Part shown: positions 46,991-55,331 of the stretch, piece by piece
How positions within the stretch are numbered: position 1 is the stretch's first letter
Layout of the letters: every line of letters begins with the position of its first letter
Virus record (IMG/VR): IMGVR_UViG_3300048444_000173
Coordinates: 18,363-82,362 of that record
DNA from: a virus
DNA length: 64,000 nucleotides
Strand: one strand, 5' to 3'
Notes under the pieces: generated by a model
What the model was told of the DNA's origin: nothing
Databases searched by the model: none
Seen by the model: only the letters and a program-made list of their open reading frames with translations
Made by a program: the position numbers and the translations under genes

Positions 46991-47737
46991 ATGGCTAAAT
47001 CTGGTGCAAAGCGTAAACGTACACAGAAGTTCAAAGCTGAATTAAACTTAGTGAAAGACAGTAAGCACGATACGGATTGGAAGCTAAATTGGTATTGTCC
47101 ACAAGGGAGGCAGAATGACATTATTGACGCTATGGACAATCACGACCTAACGATTGTTAATGCGCCGAGTGGTTGCGGTAAAAGCTCCACAGTCATTTAT
47201 AAGGCGTTACAGGATTATCGTAAAGGTACTTACCGTAAGGTTGTCCTGATTAAGAATGCGACAGAATCCGCAGATGAGTGCATAGGATTTCTTGTTGGTG
47301 GCAAAGACCAGAAATTAGAGGCTCACATGGCTTCTATGAAGAAATTATTTCAACAATTTATGTCAAATAACAAATTAGAAAACGACATCTCCAACGGCAA
47401 TATCGTCCTTGATATTCCTAACTATCTGCTTGGCTCTACCATTGACAACGCCTTAATCCTTATCGAAGAAGCACAAACAATGTCCCCTCAAATACTTAAG
47501 CTATGTATGGAGCGTGCTGGACAGAATAGTAAAGTCGTAGTTGTTGGCGATAGTCGTCAACGATATTCTGCTAAGAAACGTAGCGATGGTTTAGCCGATT
47601 TAATCCAACGTACAACATACGATAACTACGGTGCTAAGTTCAGCAATAATGAAATGGTTGGTTACGTTGAAATGGACTCTAGCCACAATATGCGAAGCGA
47701 CTTGTCGAAGTATATCACTGAACTGTACGTAGACTAA
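46991..47737 (+). CDS. phoH: PhoH-like ATPase
   Basis: APSGCGKS, IGFL.G....K, LIEEAQ, L...R.G..SK.VV.GD..Q, RS. Confidence 0.88.
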   Translation: MAKSGAKRKRTQKFKAELNLVKDSKHDTDWKLNWYCPQGRQNDIIDAMDNHDLTIVNAPSGCGKSSTVIYKALQDYRKGTYRKVVLIKNATESADECIGFLVGGKDQKLEAHMASMKKLFQQFMSNNKLENDISNGNIVLDIPNYLLGSTIDNALILIEEAQTMSPQILKLCMERAGQNSKVVVVGDSRQRYSAKKRSDGLADLIQRTTYDNYGAKFSNNEMVGYVEMDSSHNMRSDLSKYITELYVD

Positions 47738-47796
47738 CACCACCAAATAAAAATATCCCGTGTCTAATGCCTAGTATTGGAATATAGGAGCATAGA

Positions 47797-49281
47797 ATGG
47801 CAGTCAATACACCCTTACGTGCATACAGAGAGATGGCTTCTAAGTGGGATCTACCTCTCGCCTTAATGGGCGGTACAGCGCGTATGCGTAGAGAATCAAA
47901 AGAATGGCTGCCACAACTCCCTAACGAGAGTGACGAACTGTACCAAATTCGTGTAGAGCGTTCATTCTTATTCAACGTGTACCGTCGTACAATCCTGTCA
48001 ATGGTTGGTAATGCTTTCAATGATAATATCACTGTCAGCGGCATACCCAAAGAGTTAGAGTACCTTGAGTATAATGCCAACGGACAAGGACAAAGTTTAA
48101 CGGAACACGCTGCTGAGTTATTCGAGGATGCTCTTATATTCGGCAAGTGTCACAACTACGTTGATTTCCCTAACACGGAAATTGAGCGTGTTAATTTAGT
48201 TGAATACAGTCGCATGGGCTTACGTCCATATTTAGCACGTATATCTCCTATCAACTTAATTGGTTGGGAATTATCGTATAATAACGGCTTTGAGAATGTA
48301 GAGCATATTCGTATCTTGGACTCAGACTTTCGTTTGAATGAGCATTTCCAAGAAGAAGAGCGTGAGATTGTACGAGTTATCCGTCCAGATAGCATTCAAC
48401 TATACGCTCGTGAATACTCTAGTGTTAGTTCAATGCAGCCACGCCCTTATGGTAAGAAGCTATCTGTTGTAGATCGTGCTGGCGAAGGTGACTTTGAACT
48501 GATTGACGAAGTACCGAATGCGTTAGGTTATGTACCTATTCAAAGCGGTTACGCCAATAAACGTGGCACATTTGTAGCTGACCCAACTCTTGAGGACTTG
48601 GCTTGGCTTAACCTACAACATTTCCAAAGCTCTAGCGACCAGAACAACATTCTTCATATCACTCGTGTCCCATTCCTCTTAGGAACAGGATTTGATGAAG
48701 AAGAAGTTGACAACATCACTATCGCTGCAAACAACATGGTCATATCTGGCAATAAAGATGCCGATATAGGTTACGTTGAACACAGTGGTACGTCAATGCA
48801 AGCTGGTCGTCAGCATGGTAAAGATTTAGAAGAACAGATGAAGCAAAGCGGTGCTGAGATCCTATTTGCTAAGTCTGTATCTCGACAAACTGCAACATCT
48901 CGTAAGATTGACCAAGCAGAAGCTCTTAGTGTAGCACAAATTAGCCTACGCTCTATCGAGCAAATGCTTGAGCAGAATTACAAGGTGGCAGCGGATTGGT
49001 TAGATATTGACGACGATTTTGAGCCTATTGTCAGTATTGGTGCTGATCTGAACTTAGCCGATGACCCGAACCCAGTTCAAGGATTTATTAGCCTACACGA
49101 ATCACTAGGCTTTGACCCTGAAACTGCTCTGTCAGAAGCTAAACGTAGAGGTCTTATTGCCCCACATGTTACCGTCAACGACATAGAAATGATGGAACGT
49201 AATCAGCAAGAGCCTCTATTTAATAACGAACCGTCTGATTCAAATGATGATGACAACAATCAAAACGAGCCTGAACAATAG
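47797..49281 (+). CDS. portal protein (DUF4055-type)
   Basis: GG...MR.....LP....E....Y..R; L.DLA.LN..H.Q..SD; position. Confidence 0.85.
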   Translation: MAVNTPLRAYREMASKWDLPLALMGGTARMRRESKEWLPQLPNESDELYQIRVERSFLFNVYRRTILSMVGNAFNDNITVSGIPKELEYLEYNANGQGQSLTEHAAELFEDALIFGKCHNYVDFPNTEIERVNLVEYSRMGLRPYLARISPINLIGWELSYNNGFENVEHIRILDSDFRLNEHFQEEEREIVRVIRPDSIQLYAREYSSVSSMQPRPYGKKLSVVDRAGEGDFELIDEVPNALGYVPIQSGYANKRGTFVADPTLEDLAWLNLQHFQSSSDQNNILHITRVPFLLGTGFDEEEVDNITIAANNMVISGNKDADIGYVEHSGTSMQAGRQHGKDLEEQMKQSGAEILFAKSVSRQTATSRKIDQAEALSVAQISLRSIEQMLEQNYKVAADWLDIDDDFEPIVSIGADLNLADDPNPVQGFISLHESLGFDPETALSEAKRRGLIAPHVTVNDIEMMERNQQEPLFNNEPSDSNDDDNNQNEPEQ

Positions 49282-49296
49282 TCGTGAGGACGAAAC

Positions 49297-50091
49297 ATGA
49301 GTGAACAAGAAGTACAACACGGTGAGCGTGACCAACAAGTAGAAGAAGATCAAGAGAACCTTGACACACGAGATCAAGACCAAGTTGAAGAAGATTTAGT
49401 CAAGATCCCCAAAAAGGATTTTGCCCAAATCAAGAAGCAGCTAAAGTCGGCTAATCAAGAAGCCAAACAACGCCGTGAAGAATTAGAGCGTTACAAAGGC
49501 TACGGATTAGAGCCTGACGAAATTGAGGAGCTAATTAGTTTGCGTGAGAAGCAAGACCAAGAACCTCAAGAGCAGGACGAGAATCGTGTAGACCGCAAGG
49601 AACTAGACAAGCAGCGTAAGAGCCTAGAACAGAAATATCAACAACAGATCCAGCAATATGAGTCTGAAAAGTCCGAGATGCAAAAGCGTCTTGAAACTAC
49701 GTTGATTGAATCTTCTGCTCGTGACGCTATTCGTGCAGAGAAGGGTGTTCCTGAACTTCTTTTAGACCAAGTTACCAAAGCATCGAAGTTAGTGCAGAAT
49801 GACCGAGGCGGTTATGACGTGCGTATTGTCGATGAAAATGGTGAACCAGAATTTAATGATCGTGGCGAGTACATGACCATTAACGACCACATTAAACAGC
49901 TTAAGAATCACGAAGTATTTGGTCGTGCATTTGAGACAGAAGTTAAGAAAGGTGCAGGTATTCAAGGTCAGCAAGGTAATCGTAAACCTCGCACCGACGT
50001 TACCAAGTCACAACTTAAATCTGATCGTAAAGCTAAGATGGAATTTATTGCTAAGAATGGTATTTCCGCATATAACGAATTACCAGAATAA
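49297..50091 (+). CDS. head scaffolding protein
   Basis: Charged coiled coil, basic C-terminus, directly upstream of the capsid gene. Confidence 0.8.
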   Translation: MSEQEVQHGERDQQVEEDQENLDTRDQDQVEEDLVKIPKKDFAQIKKQLKSANQEAKQRREELERYKGYGLEPDEIEELISLREKQDQEPQEQDENRVDRKELDKQRKSLEQKYQQQIQQYESEKSEMQKRLETTLIESSARDAIRAEKGVPELLLDQVTKASKLVQNDRGGYDVRIVDENGEPEFNDRGEYMTINDHIKQLKNHEVFGRAFETEVKKGAGIQGQQGNRKPRTDVTKSQLKSDRKAKMEFIAKNGISAYNELPE

Positions 50092-50169
50092 GTGATGAAT
50101 ACAACTTCACGTTGGAAGCCGTGAGGGTTTCTACAATAAAATAGAAAACTCTACTAAGGAGAGATTATA

Positions 50170-51204
50170 ATGCCTATCGGTAATAAGACAGATTTTGTCA
50201 TCTATCAAGACGGCTTCCAAACTGGTATGTTGGAGGCTTTAGAGCAGGAAGTTAGCGTACTAAACGCTGGTCCTCGTGGTATCGTAGTAGTAACTGAAGC
50301 AACTCGTGGTGAGTACCTTGAGTCTGCATTCTTCCAGAATGTTGATGGCTTGGTATCTGATCGTGATACTACTTCAACTGCTGACGCACCAGAAACTAAA
50401 CTGAACCAACAAAATGTCAAGGACATCCTTGTAAACTATCGTGTTGGCCCTAACTCTAACACTATTGACGGTTTCCGTAAAATCGCTGAAAGCCCAGATG
50501 TAATGTCTATGCTATTAGGTGAAGCGGCTGGTCAACAGTTAGCAGAGAAATTCCTGAACGGTGGTCTTGGCGCACTTGTTGCGGCTATGTCAACTGAAGC
50601 AGGTATGGTATTCGATACTCGTGGTGCTGCTGACGCGCTTAACCCTAAAGCTGACTCGACTTCAATTACCCTGCGTAACTTGAACCGTGTGCTTGGCTTA
50701 ATGGGTGACAAACGCGCACGTACACGTATGTGGGTAATGCCTTCTGCACCTTTCACCGAATTGGTTGATAACCAGATCGTTGAGAAGTTGGGCGAAGTAT
50801 CTGGCGCTGTCGTTTACGGCGGTAATCCGGGTACTTACGGTTTGCCAGCATACGTGACTGACAGCCCTGCATTGTCGTTCACCCAAGACGTATCAGCGGC
50901 TCAAGACGGCTCTGACGAAATCACTCGTCACCGTATCTTAGGTCTGACTGAGCAAGCGTTGGTTATCCAACAACAGCCTTACTTCGACTTAGAAGTTGAG
51001 CGTAAAACTGGTAAACAAAACCTGTTAGTAACCTATCAAGGTGAAGGTTCTTACCTAGTACGCCTGAAAGGCTTTAGCTGGACTGGTAGTGAATCACCAA
51101 CTGACGGCGAACTTGCTACTGACACTAACTGGAGCTATGTATTTAGTTCTGTTAAATCAGGTCCGGGCGTAATGCTGATTGTTGATGACGAACCTGCTGC
51201 ATAA
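50170..51204 (+). CDS. major capsid protein
   Basis: 344 aa, strong codon bias, G.P..VTD.P, KGFSW...P..W; followed by a terminator. Confidence 0.88.
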   Translation: MPIGNKTDFVIYQDGFQTGMLEALEQEVSVLNAGPRGIVVVTEATRGEYLESAFFQNVDGLVSDRDTTSTADAPETKLNQQNVKDILVNYRVGPNSNTIDGFRKIAESPDVMSMLLGEAAGQQLAEKFLNGGLGALVAAMSTEAGMVFDTRGAADALNPKADSTSITLRNLNRVLGLMGDKRARTRMWVMPSAPFTELVDNQIVEKLGEVSGAVVYGGNPGTYGLPAYVTDSPALSFTQDVSAAQDGSDEITRHRILGLTEQALVIQQQPYFDLEVERKTGKQNLLVTYQGEGSYLVRLKGFSWTGSESPTDGELATDTNWSYVFSSVKSGPGVMLIVDDEPAA

Positions 51205-51221
51205 GCTACACTAAATTAAGC

Positions 51222-51248
51222 GGAGGGGTTTTTGCCCCTCCCTTTTAG
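51222..51248 (+). terminator. intrinsic terminator after the capsid gene
   Basis: GGAGGGG-TTTTTG-CCCCTCC followed by CTTTT. Confidence 0.75.
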
Positions 51249-51315
51249 CTTAGGGTTTTGACTAAAGCGTTTACGTTTTAATGAGAGCCTTGATCCAATG
51301 ACGGAGAGATAAATA

Positions 51316-51813
51316 ATGAGTAATGTACGCCCAACTTTAATTGCATACACAACTAAGACTAAAGGTTATCCAGAGTTTGACCAATTCCGTGTCACATTCT
51401 CTAACCCTACATTCTTCCAAAATGCGACCCCAGAAGGTCGTTATGATTATTTCTATACAGAATCAGATGCAATTCGTGAAGTGTATGCTATTCAGAACCC
51501 TACTATTAAAGAGTTTACGCTAGATTTTAAAGAGAAACCTAAGCGCCAATCCAATGCGATTGAAACGAAAGTGGAAGAAGCACTCAAGGAGAAAGCAGAT
51601 GCCGAACAAGAGTCAGAAGAAGAAACCGTACAACAAGAACAAAAAGAAGAAGTAAACGAGCCTGTAGAAGCCGAGAGCAAGCCTGAAATCCCTGACGACT
51701 ATAAAGACCTTAGTTGGCCTAAGTTACGCTCTCTGGCTTCACAATTCACTGACGAAAAAGGTATCAACAAGGAACGTGCATTGGAAATCTTAGCAGAAGC
51801 TAAAGGTGAGTAA
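51316..51813 (+). CDS. virion-associated protein with C-terminal HeH/Rho-N-like helical motif
   Basis: LSWPKLRSLA...INKERA..IL. Confidence 0.5.
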   Translation: MSNVRPTLIAYTTKTKGYPEFDQFRVTFSNPTFFQNATPEGRYDYFYTESDAIREVYAIQNPTIKEFTLDFKEKPKRQSNAIETKVEEALKEKADAEQESEEETVQQEQKEEVNEPVEAESKPEIPDDYKDLSWPKLRSLASQFTDEKGINKERALEILAEAKGE

Positions 51814-51815
51814 TT

Positions 51816-52331
51816 ATGTACGACTTCCTAGTTGAAGATGGCACGGGTGTAGTTGGGGCAACCAGTTACGCCACAGTTGCTCAAGCAGATAGCTTTGCGT
51901 CCTTTTGGGAATATCCCGACTGGGCGCTTTTAGGCGTAGAGGATAAGGAAAAGTTACTTATTCGTGCGTCACGCTTATTGGACGAACAGTTTACTTGGCG
52001 TAGTCACATGTTAACAAAAGAACAAGGGTTATTGTTCCCTCGTATGCCTTTTGTTGATACAGAGAATCGTAAGGTTGAAGGTATACCTCAAGACCTAGTT
52101 GAAGCTACCGCTGAAATTGCTATTTTGCTTGAAGATCATAACCCTGATGACCTAGACAAAGTTAAGACGTTAGTGAGTCAAAGCTACGGTGATTCGAGCG
52201 AAGAATACTTAGGTGGATGGCAAGAGAATGTCACCCCATTCGTATCTGCGTTCCAAAAGATTGCAGCACGACTTAAGCGCTTTGGTTACGGTGGTAAGAC
52301 GTTAAAACAAGTTACTCTTATTCGAGGATAA
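51816..52331 (+). CDS. head-tail adaptor (DnaT-like)
   Basis: VEDGTG...A.SY, L.RA...LD, Q.L.FPR, IP.....A..E.A. Confidence 0.8.
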   Translation: MYDFLVEDGTGVVGATSYATVAQADSFASFWEYPDWALLGVEDKEKLLIRASRLLDEQFTWRSHMLTKEQGLLFPRMPFVDTENRKVEGIPQDLVEATAEIAILLEDHNPDDLDKVKTLVSQSYGDSSEEYLGGWQENVTPFVSAFQKIAARLKRFGYGGKTLKQVTLIRG

Positions 52332-52334
52332 GTT

Positions 52335-52652
52335 ATGAATAAACATCCTCAAAAAGCAACCTTGTGGAAGTATGGTGGCGTAGACTTTAACAACGTACCC
52401 GCCTATGAAAACTTAGGCACATTTGATGTTAGGTGGGAAGAAGAAACTCGCCTTATTATTGACAGTGATGGGCGTGAGGTTTTAGGTAACGGTACAATCT
52501 ACTTCCCTGAGAAAGTATTTGACGTAGGTTATTACGTTGCTAAGGGTGAGGTAGCAGATACTAATCCACCTAGTAGCTCATACGAGATACAGAACGTAAG
52601 GTCTATTTCAAATTTGTCTGGTACGCAATATGAATATCGGGCATTAATATAG
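52335..52652 (+). CDS. head closure/stopper protein
   Basis: RWEE......DG.E; position. Confidence 0.65.
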   Translation: MNKHPQKATLWKYGGVDFNNVPAYENLGTFDVRWEEETRLIIDSDGREVLGNGTIYFPEKVFDVGYYVAKGEVADTNPPSSSYEIQNVRSISNLSGTQYEYRALI

Positions 52653-52737
52653 TTGTTGAAAGGGATGCCTGTTTATCTCACTCGGATCAGGCTCAGGGTA
52701 GGTGGGTGTCTCTTTCACTTTAGTTCGAGGTAAGGTT

Positions 52738-53190
52738 ATGTTCAACACGTCAGACATAGACTCTTTCGTAAATGAGTTAAAAGCAGGTGTTGAGCAAGTA
52801 CATAAGAACTCAATTCAGGCTGTGGAAGAATATCTTAAATTAATTGAACAAACGTCACAGAGTTATGTGCCGATTGATTCAGGTGCTTTACGAGATTCTT
52901 TCTTTGTTGAAGTCAAGGTGAGCAAGAATAGGATAACTGGTATAGCTGGTTATGATAAAGATAACTCCCTAGCACACTACGCTAAGATTATGCACGAAGG
53001 TGTATGGCCTGACGGATTCTGGCCTAATGACTTTAACAGTAGCGAAGGCACAATACGGCTTAATGGTGAACCTATCAGTTATAAAACTGGTAAACAGGCT
53101 ACACCTCGTTCTCACTTCCTTGACAGAGGTATATTAGAGAATGAGCCACAATGGAATACTTTACTTAAGGGGATATTAGATGGCTTATAA
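52738..53190 (+). CDS. neck/tail-completion protein (HK97 gp10-like)
   Basis: VPIDSGALRDS, YA...HE, FL; start after GAGGT. Confidence 0.75.
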   Translation: MFNTSDIDSFVNELKAGVEQVHKNSIQAVEEYLKLIEQTSQSYVPIDSGALRDSFFVEVKVSKNRITGIAGYDKDNSLAHYAKIMHEGVWPDGFWPNDFNSSEGTIRLNGEPISYKTGKQATPRSHFLDRGILENEPQWNTLLKGILDGL

Positions 53191-53617
53191 TCACCCACCA
53201 CAGGAGATTGCCCAATACCTCGTTACAGAGGGTGACGCAACTATGGGTGAGATATTTGTTGACAATATCCCGTCCGAAAATGAATTGCAGAATGACCCTG
53301 ATTACATTCTCATTGTGCGAATGATTGCTGGTGTCCCTAATCCGAGATGGGCTAGGGATAATATCACAATCCGATTACAAGTTGTCAACTATAAACGTAC
53401 AACGCTAACTCAAGCACGAGATTATATCTGGGGTGTCTATAACAAACTATTAGGTGCGTATAACATTGAATTAAACGGTTATACATACTTTCAATTTACA
53501 AGTCAGGAAATGCCTAACCTTGTAAGTATAGATGGCGAAAAGTCGCTATACACATCGTCATTAAGTTTTGTGCGTGAGGCTCAAACAAAAGAAGGCAATC
53601 GAGACGTAATTTCTTAG
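53180..53617 (+). CDS. tail terminator protein
   Basis: Size and position before the tail tube gene. Confidence 0.6.
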   Translation: MAYNHPPQEIAQYLVTEGDATMGEIFVDNIPSENELQNDPDYILIVRMIAGVPNPRWARDNITIRLQVVNYKRTTLTQARDYIWGVYNKLLGAYNIELNGYTYFQFTSQEMPNLVSIDGEKSLYTSSLSFVREAQTKEGNRDVIS

Positions 53618-53636
53618 AATTAAGGAGAGAAAATAA

Positions 53637-54677
53637 ATGTCAGCCAAGATTTTTGAAGTCTCACCAGATGGCACTAACTGGGCGGTAATGCCCGGTAATG
53701 ATGCCTCTGTTGACTTAGAAGGTGAGGACTTAGATACAACTGTATTTGGTTCTGATTTCAGTTCAAGTATCACTGGTATCATCAACCACTCATTTAGTGG
53801 TAATGCCATGTTCCGTGAAACAGCGGGTTATAACGGTCGTATTCGTAAAGAGGGCGACGCTGTTGCATTCACTGACGAAGCTACTACAGCTAATGGTGAC
53901 TGGTACGAAATCACAGACCGCACTAAATCGCTATTTGATTATAACACAGAAGTCGTTGTAGAAGATGATGCAACACCTGTAGCAGATGCCGATATTGAAG
54001 AAATTGATTACTTACATGGTCGTGTCAAGTTTGTTGACGCATATACTGTCACTGGTCCAATTACCTTATCGGGTGACTATAAGCCACTTAGCACATTTGG
54101 TTGCTTCAACAGCTTAGACCTAACTCAATCGTCTGAAACTATTGAAACAGGTTGCTTTGAAACTGTTGGTGCTAATGGTGGTTATCAAACATATAAGCCA
54201 ACTTTACGTGACGTATCTATTGACGCAGAAGGTTTCTACCAAACTAGCTCTGACTTTGCTAGTCAATTACAGAATCGTGAACGCTTCATTATTGAAATTG
54301 ACATTGAGGGTGATGGTGAGAACTTAGCACGTGGTTACTTCCGTATTGGTACAGATGGCTACTCAGGTGGTCCGGGCGGTGACGAAACCGAATCTGTTAG
54401 CTTCTCATTGTTCGTACCAGAAGGTGTTAAACCTTTCTCATGGCGTTTCGGTGCTAACACTAAAGCACCACAAGGTCTAATCTGGACTATTGAAGCATGG
54501 GAGAATAAGACGAATCTGCACTACCGTTACTTCCCAGAGGGTCGTGACAATAAAGGTTTTGAAGCTGAGTCTGTCGTAACTGACTGTTCAATTTCAACTG
54601 CTGTGGATGCCTTAGCAGAAGCAAGTGTGTCGGGTCAAGGTACTGGTGCGTTCACCATCCTTAACGATACGCCATAA
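53637..54677 (+). CDS. major tail tube protein
   Basis: Acidic beta-rich protein, DTTVFG, S..GQGTG; position. Confidence 0.78.
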   Translation: MSAKIFEVSPDGTNWAVMPGNDASVDLEGEDLDTTVFGSDFSSSITGIINHSFSGNAMFRETAGYNGRIRKEGDAVAFTDEATTANGDWYEITDRTKSLFDYNTEVVVEDDATPVADADIEEIDYLHGRVKFVDAYTVTGPITLSGDYKPLSTFGCFNSLDLTQSSETIETGCFETVGANGGYQTYKPTLRDVSIDAEGFYQTSSDFASQLQNRERFIIEIDIEGDGENLARGYFRIGTDGYSGGPGGDETESVSFSLFVPEGVKPFSWRFGANTKAPQGLIWTIEAWENKTNLHYRYFPEGRDNKGFEAESVVTDCSISTAVDALAEASVSGQGTGAFTILNDTP

Positions 54678-54735
54678 TAATTCGTCTGATTGTAAATAAC
54701 TAACCGTCTATTCGTAGACAAACTAGGAGTGTTAA

Positions 54736-55098
54736 ATGAGCCAAAACATCCGCAAATCATATCGTGATAAATTACTAGCTAATAGTAGCAAAGGTGGTCG
54801 TAAGTTTGAGTATGAGGGTATGGAACTATTCTTTCGTTTTCCTACTCGCCGCGATAAGCGTGAAATCTTAGCGAAGTCCACAGATAAAGATGGGCAAGTT
54901 AATAACGCTTTGTTAGAGGTTTGGGCAACCATTCAGTTAACACAAGTTGCTGAAACTAAAGAAGCCGTATTCACCGAAGATGATTTTGATATTATTGATG
55001 GATTAGAAATGGGTAGTGATTTTGACAAGGTTTGTGTTGAGGCGGTCTTAGCACTGCTGGGAGAAGAAACCGACCCAAAAGAATTGCCGCAAGACTAA
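54736..55098 (+). CDS. tail assembly chaperone (gpG-like)
   Basis: Between tail tube and tape measure genes; slippery CCCAAAA at 55074-55080. Confidence 0.75.
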   Translation: MSQNIRKSYRDKLLANSSKGGRKFEYEGMELFFRFPTRRDKREILAKSTDKDGQVNNALLEVWATIQLTQVAETKEAVFTEDDFDIIDGLEMGSDFDKVCVEAVLALLGEETDPKELPQD

Positions 55099-55295
55099 AA
55101 AGCGACCCTGAAACTTATAACGAACTACAACTAGCCGAACACTTAGGAAAGTTTCATTATGAAATCTTAGATATGCCTGAGTCAGAATTTAACCTTTGGA
55201 TGGGTTACCTTACGCTTAAAGCTGAGGAAGCAAAGAAAGAGGCTAAAAAGGCTGGTAAGAATAAGAATAAGGGTAAGCGTTCAGGGGGCTTCTAA
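54736..55295 (+). CDS. tail assembly chaperone gpGT-like, -1 frameshift product
   Basis: -1 frame is open from the slippery site to TAA at 55293-55295 (..LAEHLGK...I..MPESEFNLW..Y..). Confidence 0.75.
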
Positions 55296-55312
55296 TCGGA
55301 GTCCCCTTTTTT
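55283..55312 (+). terminator. intrinsic terminator/attenuator before the tape measure gene
   Basis: GGGGGCTTC-TAATC-GGAGTCCCC followed by T-tract. Confidence 0.7.
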
Positions 55313-55331
55313 GTTTCTATGTGAGGATATT

